From assembly GCF_036321535.1 (NCBI RefSeq), contig NC_087437.1, positions 93,250,001-93,314,000 on the forward strand: a DNA stretch of 64,000 nucleotides. The letters run 5' to 3'. The stretch comes from Camelus dromedarius. Its lineage: Eukaryota. Positions 49,279 to 61,690 of the stretch are shown piece after piece. The notes under the pieces are model-generated. The model was not told the origin of the DNA. It saw nothing but the letters and a program-made list of their open reading frames with translations, and did not search any database. Every line of letters begins with the position of its first letter. Within the stretch, counting starts at the first letter, position 1. Both the position numbers and the translations under genes were made by a program.

Positions 49279-51026
49279 TAGTCTGTATTCAGGTCTTGAC
49301 TTAAAATTTGTAGGTCAAGACCCTGGGAAGACTATCTCAGAGGAGATCTCATCTATGATAGAAACATTGACACCCCTACAGCACACTCTTTTCCTGTATA
49401 TGTCCTGATACTTACAAAAAGGGGACTTAATATACAATTAAGAAATTGTATTTTACAAACAACAAATGCCACTTAGATAAGATACAATTATGACCTAATA
49501 AACTGAGTACAATAACAAGTGGCCAACCCCTCTGAGCTACAAGGTGTTGACTTTAAAATGAGAAACATTTCCTAAGTCGAGGTTTGTGTAAGTTTTAAGA
49601 AATAATGAAGGGCGTTTGATACCCTGTCTTTGGCTCACTCTCAGCGCCCTGTCTCCTGGCGGTTATTATCAGCGCTAATGTGTCTGTGTCCCAACTCTGT
49701 TCACTGCTGGTAGGGCTTGGTTTCACTCTGTCTCATACTCTCTACAACCGAGTCATCTTTTTAGTACAAGACTCTGATCTTGGATCTCAGCTGCCAAATC
49801 CACACCCTCTCAGGAGAAATCTAGCAAAAGGTTCATTTATACATCACTTGAGAGAGCCACTTTTAAAAAAGCCCTGCCATGCATGACAAATATCCTCTGA
49901 CTTTCTAAGAGGCCAAGGGTCTGAGGCAGGAACACAGAGTTGTTTCATCTGTAGAAGCTGCCATTCTTGAAGCGAGTACTTGAGAAGCTTTGAACACTAA
50001 TACTTACATCTACTGATCTTGGTCTCGAAGGACTTGAAGAATCAGTGATGCTACCTGGACGGGTTATTTAAAGACAGTTTTCCTGTTGCTGTGCCGCTTG
50101 AGTGCCGTATTGTGTGACAGGTAATTCTTTTGTAATCATAAATTGTCTTATTTTTCCTAACACATCCCACGAGCTCTCGCTTCTTCTTTGCATTCCTATG
50201 CATATGAACACATAGAAGGGAAGTCTGTTATGTTTGCAGTTTAACATTTCACAAAAACTTATCAGCTGCTATGGAAATGTAGGCAGGGGAAAGACAGATT
50301 TAGTGCCTTCATTGCTGATACGTTGTAGGGTTAATACTAGGTGTGATAATCACTTTTACTTATTCATTTCTTCATCATAATGCATGACTGGTGTTGGGAC
50401 TACAGAAAATACAGAAAATAAACTCATTAGGAGTCCCAAGAATCAGAAATAATCACTGCTATGATTATACAAACACTCACATATGTCTTTGTAAATAGAA
50501 TGATACGTTGTTTTGTAGGGTGAATTAAGACTGTTCTAACTGAAGTCATTACTTAATCTACAGATAGACTTGTGTTCTGACAGAGAACCAACTAACGGGA
50601 ATTATAAATTTTGATAATAAAAACTAGGTATATGGTATAGTGACATAGGGGGCTAGATTCTAAAGTTCAAACATCTGGGTCCGGAAAGATACTATATAGT
50701 TTAAGCTTTTAAAAGGGTTCAGGCTAGGTGTCAATGTGATATGACCATATTTAAAGACTATACAAATCCTTGGGAAATTCTACATATCCAGTGAATTAAT
50801 GCATGTACAGATTAAGTATAGTGCTTGGCATGCAGGAAGCAATCAATAAATCTTAGCTGTTTCAATTAAACCTGGCCCAGGGGGTGGGGAGGTAGTGGTG
50901 GGTTAGGAGGGTTAGAAAGAAAGAAAAAAAAAAAAAAAAAGGAAAATTCTACATGAGTAAAATTGTTGCAATATTTCTAGTTAAAACTCTGTGGTTTGAA
51001 TAACAGTGCCATTTTGGCTTAGATAT

Positions 51027-51387
51027 TGTTATGGACTAAAGATTTATGTTCCCCCAAAATTCGTATGTCAAAAGTTTAATCCCCAGTGTGCGGGAAGTAG
51101 GAGATGGGGATTATGGGAGGTAATAAGATCATGAGGGTGGAGCCCTCATGAAAGGGATTAGTGCTCTTATAGAAGAAGCCCCAGAGAGCTCTCTCATGCT
51201 GTTTACCATGTGAGGGTACAAGGAGAAGCTGGCAATCTGCAGCCGGGAAGAGGGCCCTCACCTGAACCTGACCATGCTGACACCCTGATCGGGGACCTTT
51301 AGCCTCCGCAACTGTGAGAGATGCGTTTCTATGGTTTATAAGTGACCCAGTCTATGGTGTTTTGAAAAAGCAGCCCAAACTAAGACA
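51027..51387 (+). mobile_element. MaLR solo LTR (MLT1A-type), full length
   Basis: TG...CA ends (tgttatggact...aaactaagaca) and the internal motif gagggtggagccctcatgaaagggattagtg. The 5-bp TSD copies are gatat (51022-51026) and gatac (51388-51392). Confidence 0.93.
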
Positions 51388-52455
51388 GATACGTGATTCA
51401 TACGTTTCTAACTGATCTTGACTTTAAAAACAGTTCATGTACCTACTTAGAAATTATTGATTGATGATGAACAATTCTAGGATTCTCAGAGGTGTTTGAT
51501 TTTGGCAATTCTAAGCTTAAAAATGACAGTAATTATTATGACCCATTGAATAGGAAAGAGTTGAAAAATGTGATGTTGATTTCATGGAATTTGCTAGCAA
51601 TATAGGGGATGCTAGTTAGCCCTCCCAAAGAGAGAACAGATTAGTTTTGTACCTACCTGCTCAGCTATGTATGACCACATCTTTTTCTATACCATTTGTG
51701 TATGTAAGCCTGACTACATGATTTGCTAACCTTTGCTTTCAAATGAACTACTAGCTCAAATGAAATGCTTTATCACATCACTTAAAATGATTAGAAAAAA
51801 ATTGTTTTGCTTAAGCCTGCTTATTTTCAAATGTAAGCATTACAAAAGATTGTATCTGAAAGTAGTTTATGCATTAAGAATATTACTTGCTTCCAAATGC
51901 AACCCAAGTAGGAGGACTGTTTAGTAATTTATAATACTTTGAAAAATAAGGTCTTTATGTGCAGTGTAGCACTTATAAAAGTGAAAATGTTGCTGAAAAT
52001 TTCCTTATATTGCTTAAATATATGGAGCTACAAGGCAGCTGGATGTTGCAAATAGTATTGCATAAATTATATAAACTTGAATAGAGCAGATTTGAAATGA
52101 GTTGGAAGAGCAACTATCATTGGCTTTTCAAAGAAAGTGTTGCTGTTTGACAAAACACTATACACACCCCCAAAACATATGTTAATTTGCAAAATTTTGA
52201 TCTGTTCCTCATGGATCACATTTCCATAGGGTAATCAGGGAGATTTATCCACTAAAATTTTTGTGACATATTGGCATCTAGAATAATTTTGAATTAGTAG
52301 GTAAGTAAATCAAACAATGGTGATTGAAGCTTCTAATAACAAATAACAGAATGAAATGTGCATTCAAGGAATGAACTAACCTTGGATTTCAAGCATAAAA
52401 GATACCTTTAGATACTGATAGGTAACAAAATTACATTAAAACAAAATTACATTAA

Positions 52456-52600
52456 GAGAGGAGGATATAGACTCAAGTGATAAAGCGTGTGCTTAGCATA
52501 TGCAAGATCCTGGATTCAATCCCCAGTACCTCCTCTAAAAATAAACAAATAAGCCTAATTACCATCTCATCCAAAAAATAATAATAATAAAAAATAAATT
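52456..52600 (+). mobile_element. Camelid vic-1-type SINE
   Basis: gaggatatagactcaagtgataaagcg...tcctggattcaatccccagtacctcc...cctaattacc. The TSD aaaattacattaa lies at 52443-52455 and 52601-52613. Confidence 0.92.
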
Positions 52601-53439
52601 AAAATTACATTAAAATTCTTCTGACTTTGAAATATTTACAGTATGAAACCAATCATAAGCAGCATCTTAATGCTTTCTCACTAGAGTATTGCTACATTTT
52701 TATTAAAAATGTAAACCAGTTAAAATAATTTTATGCTTTTCATAGCATTACATTGGCAAATAATATTTTATATGCTTAGATTGCTTAAGATATGGAATAT
52801 TTTAACAGATATATTAGTGACTTTGAATATGTAATCATTGTGATTAGACACAATCTTTGGGGAAAATATATCTAATGTATTTTACATATATAATATATAT
52901 TATATATATTCTTAAGGGTTTCTGAAATGTGATAGCTTGTGAAAAATCCTCTTGGAATATTTACAATGGAGATTATCAGTGATTCTTAATACTGTACAAA
53001 AATCATAGTTCTCAAAAATTCCAGGTTTCTTTCATCTAATACTCTTTGATTAAAAGTAATTAGTTTTATGTCTTCCTAAAAATAAAACTTTATTTCTGCT
53101 AAGAAAGACTTTACACATATGAAGTAAAATCATTCTTTGATTTTTTTTTAGTCATTAGAGCTTTAGCTTGACTATATCTTTGTATAATAGAGCTTCGTCC
53201 ACATAGTTTTATTGTGATCCATTAATCTCTATTATCTGCATGCGTTTGTCACTTTGATATACATACCTTAAATATTCTTCTGAGATTATTTAATCAAAAT
53301 GAGATACAAGAGGATAACACTAAACTGAAACAATAGACTACCTGAATCTTACAACAATAACTGAAAACTGCTTTTAAGTCAAAAAGTCTTTCCTGAGTAA
53401 AATAAGATAGCAGAAGCTGTAGCTGAAACACATGCAAAG

Positions 53440-53760
53440 AGTCCTGATTTTCAATTTGACTGTAAGCTCAAAATGAATCAAGTGTGCTGTGCCTGCCTTT
53501 AAAATCTAATGCCTTTGAAGGCTCTATTAGCTTTGAAATGTGACTGAAGTTGGAGCACAAGGGAGGGGGAAGAACCACACATTAAGAACAGTAGAAAGAA
53601 ACTAAGGATATTTAGCTTGGAGAAGAGAAAACTCTAGGGGCAGGTATGATAGCTGTCTTAAAATAGTGGAAGAACTGCAATATGGAAGGAAGATTAAACT
53701 TTAGCAAATGGTTTAGACTACTTCATATCTGAGGAACTTCAATTCTGAGATTACATGATT
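53440..53760 (+). mobile_element. CR1/L3 LINE relic
   Basis: gactgtaagctcaaaatgaatcaagtgtg and gaaactaaggatatttagcttggagaagagaaaactctaggggcaggtatgatagctgtcttaaaatag are typical of the L3/CR1 ORF2 end. Confidence 0.75.
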
Positions 53761-55375
53761 TTGTGAACAATACTAACCTCTTCATGAAGCAATGATTGTG
53801 ATCACTAATAAATTACAATTAACTTAATATTTAATGGCCTGCTTCTCAAGAATTCCCTCATCAGTGACCCTAATGTTATCTGTGTTCACCAGTAGTGGTG
53901 AAAACATCTTAAAGGCAATGCTGAAGCAAAGAAATATAATTGGGCCTTGGGGATTTGGAAAGCTCAGTAGGGTTAGTCCTTTTTAGAAACTGTGCTAAGC
54001 GTAAGCTTAGAATCCCCCAAATCTTAGTGTGTATATATATTCTCTTCATGGCTGTTCCTGAGATCTAAAGGATGGTATCTTGGGCTTATATCATTCAGTT
54101 GAAGGCTCTGGAGGATGAATGACAGGCCAGTTCTTAAGCCTATTAAGTGAAAATTATGGTACTGCTGACTACAGACTCTAAAAAATCCCAGTAATTGCCA
54201 CAGTGATTTAGAATCATCGCCAAATGCAACGTTGTGAAGCTCATTGCTGTTGCAACCAGAAACAGTGTAACCTATAAATATAGAAGACAATATTCAGAAA
54301 CCTCTATTTTTCCATTCATAATTTATTAATTGGATCATTGCTCAGAACCCTGAGATTATGCCTATTAGAAATATGTACAATGGCCATTCAGTTCTCTTAC
54401 CCAAGGTATAAGAGGATATGTGTCCTTGGAGATAATGAAGTTATTCAAAGCCCATTACTGATGGTATATAGCACAAGATTCAATTGCTAAGGACAAATTC
54501 CAAAACTACTTCCCATTAATTTAGAAGAATAGGATTAGTAAAAGCCTAAATATACAAAGTAAAATGGGCATTTGATTTAAAAGAAAAATTTCTGACACTG
54601 CAGTAAGATTACACAGAAGCAACAAAATTGTCTTTAAATAAACCACCTAGGTAACATCATTGATTCCTCAGTTCAAAGAAATTATGATCCTTGGGGACTG
54701 GGAGCAATAGATACAAGTGCTGGTTTTCAGAGCATCAAAACTGTTTGCTTCAAAGAGGACAGCTTAAGAAGATGAAACAATTCTGAGATCCTGCCAAAAG
54801 ACCTTTTGGCCTCTTAAGAAGTCGATGGAATTTGACATGCATTGCAGGATTTGTAAAGTAGCTCCCTTGAGATATACTCAACAAGAGTTTTGACTGATGG
54901 TAGTTGTTCTAAGCCATCCATTTACTCAAATCTTTATGAATGTTTTTATTTATTGAAAAAGAGAGAGAGAGAGAGAAAGATAGGAAGCAAATTACATTTC
55001 CTGGGAAAAGGGTACTTACTTGATAACATATAGGACCAATAGCCCTGCTTTTCCGGAAACAAATCAAATGAACAAACAGATAAAGAAACTGGAAAAGACT
55101 GTTATGCTGCAGTGACAGTTAATTTTATTTGTGTTTCAGGGGTCTTCAGGGGAGAATTACATAAAAATTTTTTTTTTTAAGTAAGTGTTTATGATAAAAA
55201 AAAAAGAAGTGATAATTGAAGGTTGCCGTGTGGTAATATTCTGTTTCTAATGTTCCTACCAATTTTCTTCCTGTTGTTAATCAAGGAAGGCTTACATTTA
55301 CCAGTTAAATGGCTGCCTGAAAAGTAAAATCAATACTTTTTTCAATTATTTTTTCCATTTAAAAAAGTGAATCGA

Positions 55376-55648
55376 TCTTACCAAGTTTCCTCTCTAGGCA
55401 GGGGTAAATGACTCACTGTACAGAGGGGGTGCCCTCGTTATGATGTGGACAGCAGAGGCGGTACCCTGCTTCTTGGCCGTTGCATTGTGCCGCCCTACCC
55501 TCTGGGTTTACCCTGGGTAATGGGTGTATCTCATGTAGGTTGAGCCCTGATTGGACAACGTGTGTGCGTAAGGACCTCTCCTGGCAGAGGTTCAGTCAAC
55601 TTTAAGGAAGGAAAAGGTTTCTCCTGCTGCAGGAAGGTGCAAGTAAGG
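55376..55648. promoter_or_regulatory. Candidate promoter/enhancer motif cluster
   Basis: TGACTCA (55409-55415), CCGTTG (55477-55482), CCGCCC (55490-55495), palindrome TTACCCTGGGTAA (55508-55520) and CTGATTGGAC (55547-55556). Six CpGs fall within about 140 bp. Confidence 0.4.
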
Positions 55649-55939
55649 CAGTTTTTGTGAACACATTTCTAACCTGTATGCTTTTCTGCCCCTAGCATTT
55701 GTTAATGCAAATGAATAGCTTAAAGCATCAACAGATTTTAGGGTTTTTTTTTTTTTTTTGCCCACTCTGTATAAGGCCAGGGGTTGGAGTGTGGGAAATG
55801 AAGGGAAACATAAGTCATTGCCCTTATTTCAAATATGCAACAGTCAAATCTCATATCCTCCCCATTCCTGTGTCAGTTTAACTAGGAGTTGGTGGAGGCA
55901 GATAGTACCCTGGACCTTTCCTAGTCAGATGATTACTGC

Positions 55940-56146
55940 ATGAACTTACGGTAGCCTCTAGCCACATATGGGTACTTAAATTTAAATTAATTAAGATTAA
56001 ATACAACTAATGATTCAGTTTTTTATTCAGTCACACTAACTACATTTCAGATGTTCGGTAGCCCTACCTGGCCTGGGGTTATTGTATGGGACAGTACAGA
56101 AATAGAGAATTACCATCATCAGAGAGTGTTTTATTGGGCAGCATTG
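55940..56146. mobile_element. MER3/MER33-type hAT-Charlie element
   Basis: gtagcctctagccacatatgggtacttaaatttaaattaattaagattaaat...ccatcatcagagagtgttttattgggcagcattg. Confidence 0.8.
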
Positions 56147-56305
56147 CAAGATATCCCAAAGTGAAAAATAAATTAACAGTGGTTTGAGTGTTAAGAGACC
56201 ACAGTTTCAGTCTTGTGTGACCTGGAACAAGTTACTTCTTTCTTTTCTAGATGAGGAGGTTGCTTGAAAACCCACAAGATCTCTTCAGCAGTGACACATA
56301 CACTG

Positions 56306-56353
56306 TAAGGTTTTGTTATGGGATAGAGCTAAGGTTTTGTTATGGGATAGAGC
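56306..56353. repeat. Perfect 24-bp tandem duplication
   Basis: taaggttttgttatgggatagagc occurs twice. Confidence 0.97.
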
Positions 56354-56374
56354 TAAAGTCTCTGGAAAGTGTAC

Positions 56375-56550
56375 TTTTATTTATTTTTAGTGAACTATAG
56401 TTAATTTATAATACTGTGTTGGTTTCAGGTGTGCAGCATAGTGATTCAGGTTTTCTCTTCCAGATTATGTTCCATTATAGGTTATTGTAAGATATTGGTT
56501 ATAATTCCCTGTGCCATACAGTAAATCTTTGTTGCTTACTTATTTTAAGT
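56375..56550 (-). mobile_element. Severely 5'-truncated LINE-1 3' tail
   Basis: T-rich tail, then gaactatagttaatttataatactgtgttggtttcaggtgtgcagcatagtgattcag...ccctgtgccatacagtaaatc. aaagtgt flanks both sides and may be a TSD. Confidence 0.85.
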
Positions 56551-57959
56551 TAAAAGTGTCTGAATGCATAATTGCCTCCCAAACTGAAATTTGACTTTGG
56601 TTTCTTTCAGGGGACAGGCCTGTTTGGCTTTTAATAAGCAAATAAACAAAACTCTTTAAAGTGTCACTGCTGATAGAGAGTATTGTTTAGCACATAAAAA
56701 TACAGTGCTAAAAGGTTTTTCATAATCCATATTATCAGTCAGTCTACCAATGTCATTTGAATTGTAAATATTAAGCTTGTTTTAGTAGCCATGACTGAAA
56801 TGCAAGTTTAAAAGAATACCGTAGTTAGATTTGTGATTTTTATTGAGAATTGTTTTCACTAGGGAACTCTCAGCCTGTCGGATTAAAATGGTAAAGAGAC
56901 CTTTTACCGCAAGAGCTCTGACAGTTATCCCCTTAGCAAAGTTTGCGTTTGTGATAATTACACCTACTCTTGTTTACCAAATGGATCACTTTTCAGTGCT
57001 GCTTTTAACCTTGACTGGTTTCTCTTTGAAGATTATTTTTTGCTATGAAGCTATGAAGAGATATTTAGAAATACAGTGCACATTTTCTGCTGCTCTTTTT
57101 CAAGTGATGTTTACTATTGGTTTTCTTTAAAGCAGATTTCAAGGTTCAAGGGCAACTAAACTTGGGGGAGAATATCAACTATTTGTCTTTCATCTGTTAG
57201 GGCAGGGATGAGCAGTGATTAATCAAGAATAACAATACCTAATTTCTCTGCTTTCCTGGAGCCCATAGATACCACCAAACCAAACCCACTAGGCATTATG
57301 GGGGGAAGAGTTAAGAGGATTTAGAGACCAAGTGATGAGGATGAAGCAAATGGTTGCTCTAAGTTAGGGTGGGTTTGATGGCGTAGGTTTCTCCATAGAG
57401 CAACAAGAATCAGCCTCAGATAGAAGAATGTGAGATGCTGAAATCATGCACTGGAATTCAGGTTCATGTTTTCTATGCACCAGTGATTTTAGATGTGACA
57501 TTTAATAATACAAATAAAATGCTTTGAGTTCCAAGATAGAAGATCCTATCTTGGATTTGGCACCTATCTTTATTTGGGGGGCCACTAAGAAATCTTTCTT
57601 TGTGACAGTCCTTCTAATAGTAAGGAAGATGGAAAGGAGACATCAAAAAGTGCCAAGAAGTTTTGGAGGTATCCTGGGACTGGCAATACCAATGGGACAG
57701 GAGGCAACCTAGGAGCTAGGCATGTAGCCATTGGGAAAATCCAAGCCACACTGAAGCAAAGAAAATGGTTTTAGAGGCTGTTGAGATCTGGGGCCACTGT
57801 TAAGAAGTAAAAGGAACTTGGGAGAGAAGAGTTGAAGTCTCCGTAGTTTATTACGGCTCCTTTAAGAAGACATGTTGTGAGGAAGCAAAGCAAGGTTCAA
57901 GGGAAGCACATAGAACTGTGTCTATAAAACCTTCTCTACATTCCAAGGCCCCACTTACT

Positions 57960-59330
57960 GTGGCTGACTCTCTCCCCCTTTTCACCGCAAAACTTACAAG
58001 TCATCATCCATGCCTGTGGCAAGTTTTGGCTTCCTGCTCAGTCCTTCGCCACCAATTTGTAGCTTATACCACACTCCTCCACTGAAAGTGGTCTCATTAA
58101 AATCACCAGTGGGCTATGCAGATGATGGATTACACACATGATAGATTCTGCATATTCATAACCTTGACCACATGACCAGCTTTCTGTTTTGAAACACTTC
58201 ACTCAACTTTCATGGCGCCATCCTCTCCTGGTTTTCCTACCTCTTCATCTTCTTTACAGTCTCTTTTTTTCCTAGAGGTACGTCCTACTTTTGGAATCTC
58301 AGTTTGGAGTTTCTTCTTTTCCCCTCTCCGAACACTCTCTTAGAGCAATTGCATCTACTCTCAAGATTCAAATCCCACCACTATTCTGGTGATACTCAAA
58401 TATATACTTGTGGGCCAACTCTCCCTTTGACCTTCTTACAGAGCATACCTTTAACTTGAAGTCAACTTTCCTTTTCACCATCTGTTTATTCCTTTTCTTT
58501 TATTTCCCATTTTATTAAATTGCTTCATCCTTCCAGGTACTCTGACAAAAATACTAAGGGTACTTGATTTCATTGCTGGCCATAACTCCTTACCCACTAA
58601 CATCAATTAATGGCCAGGGCCTATTCGTTTTACCATCTAAAAGCCTATTGATTCTTTCATCTAAAAGGTCACCTTTTTTCTATCCCCATTTCTACTGCTC
58701 TTGATCTGACTATTGTATTTTTTTTAAATTCCTGCAACAGCCAGCCTCCTAAATGTCTCATTTACTATAGTATTTTGTGCCTGTATCTGTGACTCACCTA
58801 CTGTGAAGCCAGAATGATTTCTTTGAAACACAAATCTGATTCAGATAATCTCATCCCTAAGATCTGTCAGGAATTCCTTATTGCCACCAGGATAAAGTTC
58901 CCACTCCGTATGGGTGGCTGCTGACTGTTCAGAATCTTTGCCCTGCTTTTGTCTTCTTTCCCCATCTCTGGGACTATTCCCCCTCAAACTCAGTGCTTCA
59001 AATTCCGATTTCTTTCAGTTGCCTGATTTTTTCATAGTTTGCCTTATCTCACCATCTTCACACATACTGTTTATCTTTTACCACCACCCCATTCTTCTGA
59101 ATACCTCCTCACCTTCCAGATCTATGGCAAGCAACACTTTCTTCAGGAGAATCTTCCTGACCATCGGATCAGATTAGACTCCCTCAATAGAAGCTTTCCC
59201 AGAAATCTTAAATTTCCACTGGCATACAAACAAGACTGTATTTGATTTTTAATTACCTTTTTTTTTTTACAACCTATAAGCTCTAAGAAATCATGAATTT
59301 TGTCACTTTAACTTAATACTGTTTCCATAA
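57960..59330 (+). mobile_element. L2 LINE (~1.3 kb, decayed)
   Basis: Motifs ccactgaaagtggtctcattaaaatcacca, catcctctcctggttttcctacctc and gccagaatgatttctttgaaacacaaatctgat...ttattgccaccaggataaagttc. Confidence 0.85.
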
Positions 59331-60357
59331 ACTGAAGCAAAAATTCTCTGTCATAAACTATTGAAATCAATACACAAGATATACATATATATGAATGTAT
59401 GTACTACACATAATACAAATAAATAAGCATACTTTCATTAATCTACTTAGCACGTATCAATATTAGTATGTGCTAAAGACATATACAGAGTCCACTGCAT
59501 ATAAAATTTATAAGGCATAGACAGATATTTTTGCCATACACAACATGACATGTTCTTGGATAATTTTTGTTCTGCAAAATTGCATACTGAAAATACCAAC
59601 TTATCGGTAAAAATAGGTTTGGATAGAGATGCAAAACCGATGTAACTTTTTAACTAGAGCATTAAGTAAAATGTTAATTGGTCTCTGGGAACATAACACA
59701 AACAGCAGAGACAGGCAGCTCACAGTTGGCCTCAGGGGCTTTTTTTTTTTTTTTTTTTTTTTAACCACCAGAACAGTAGATTGGAAACGCTGGCCTATGA
59801 GCACTGAGATGATGCAGACCAACTTAAGCGCAAGCCAGTGGGGCTGCCATTTAGGGGTCATGGAAAGAAGAGAAACGTGCCATGAGCTGAGAGCTGTGCA
59901 AAGCCGGCAGCGTGCCTCTCTGGGGAAAGAGCCCCACTCGCAGGTCCTCAATTTTACTTTCTTACAGTAGTGCTAACAGGGCTTCTTCCAGTGCAGCAGC
60001 TGAACTGAGGGCTTTTTCTTTTCCTGATGAAAGTTCTAATTCTACTCTGGCTATTCTGGTCCCTTTTCCTAAGAAAATCTGCATATAAACTTCTGTTTTT
60101 TCCTAAGTCCTAATTATGAATACAGTAATTGGTGTTAGAGGAACTTACACATGGGAGTATTTGCACTGCAGGCAAGTGGTACTGGAGTTGCATTCTCTTC
60201 ATGCCCTCCAATTTCCACAGTCACTTTTAGGAGGAAAAAGAAAAGAGGAGTAAAAAGTTAATAAAGTTAATCTTTCCTCACAGTGCAACATTTTATTATT
60301 TATTAAATTTATTATTATTGTTTATTTAATAGAGGTATACATAAAAGTGCTTTGTAA

Positions 60358-60412
60358 GTGTGTGTGTGTGTGTGTGTTTGTGTGTGAGAGAAAGAGAAAG
60401 AGAGAGAGAGAG
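60358..60412. repeat. Compound (TG)n/(AG)n microsatellite
   Basis: Directly visible. Confidence 0.9.
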
Positions 60413-60962
60413 TCCAGGTCTATAAAGGAGACAGAATAACTGTGAGTTTTGTGGAATAAGGGATTTATTATACAAATAAGACCTTACATTATCTGAGACA
60501 CTGAGGAAGTAAGGGTCTGAAGAGGGGAGTTGTAGGAAATCAGAGAACAGTCAGTCCTACAGCTTCTGAAGCACTGATGTGAGTGGACAAATTGGAACTT
60601 GCAAAGAGATTTGGGAAAGCTGGTCCCTCCAGTTGATGGAGTGGGAAGGAGGAGGGGAGTTGCTGAAGTCTGTTGTCTCTGCATATGGCAAGGGGTCTGA
60701 GGTTCCATCAGCAGAACTGGCTGTTGGAAACAGCCATACGTGGGTTAGGGAAATCAAGAACATGCTGGAACTTGCCAGCACTTCTGTGTCTGTCTCTTCC
60801 TATATCCTACGGCAATAACCTTGGAGGAAAATGGCTGTATCTTCACCCTGACATTCAAATCATGCATAGATTTCTCTTTTGGCAAACTGTAACTTGGAAG
60901 CATACAGAGATGGGGGTTCTTGGAAGTATAGTCGCAGATAAGGAAAGATGTCATAGTACAAT
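60412..60962 (-). mobile_element. ERVL-type LTR (MLT2E/F-like)
   Basis: aaggagacagaa...gggatttattatacaaataagaccttac at one end and tttctcttttggcaaactgtaacttggaagcatacagagatgggggttcttggaagtatagt at the other. Confidence 0.6.
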
Positions 60963-61384
60963 ACACTTTGGTAAATTAACTTGCAAAGAGAGGCAAGTGC
61001 CAAATTCTGGAGTTCCAAAGGCCAGACTTAGAAGTCACAATGTGTTCCAAAGGGAGAGTGCCATGCCACTATTTTTGTTTTTCTAATATAATTTTGGTAG
61101 AAATAGGATGGACTGGACTGAGGAGACACTAGGGATTTTGGAATCCAATTACAAATCCCTGAAATGGGGCTGGGCAAGATTTTATGAAGAACTGAATGAG
61201 GGCATGGCATTAAAAGAAAAGAAGGGAATACAAGTTTTTTTTTTTTTTTAAGAGGTTTTCTAGGAAATTTTGTTCAAACCAATTGTTTGAAATTTGTTTA
61301 AGCAGAACATGGTTCTAAATGACCCAGAAAAGAGAGTAATTTCTGGTCCTGCTGCACCCATAGGGCCCAAGAATCTCCGGGCCT

Positions 61385-61690
61385 TTGTTTTTGCAGACCC
61401 CTCTTTCTAGAACAATTTTCCAGATATTTGCCTGCCTCATTTCACTCAAGCCTGAGCCCAAATATTACACCCCTAGGGAGTAAATAAATAATGTGACCGT
61501 GTCTTCTTTCTTTATCCAATTTTATATTTCTTCATAACATTCATTACCACATGACATTACATATTTTATTTTATTTTCTAGAATTTTATTTTGGCGTCTT
61601 CCTTCTCCATATGTGTGCAGCCTCATGAAGGAAGAGATGTTTGGCTTTGTCTGTTGCTGTGTCTCTGACCCTTGAATAAAGAATGAATGG
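61385..61690 (+). mobile_element. L2 3' end fragment
   Basis: tttcttcataacattcattaccacatgacatt...cctcatgaaggaagagatgtttggctttg...gaataaagaatgaatg. Confidence 0.7.
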
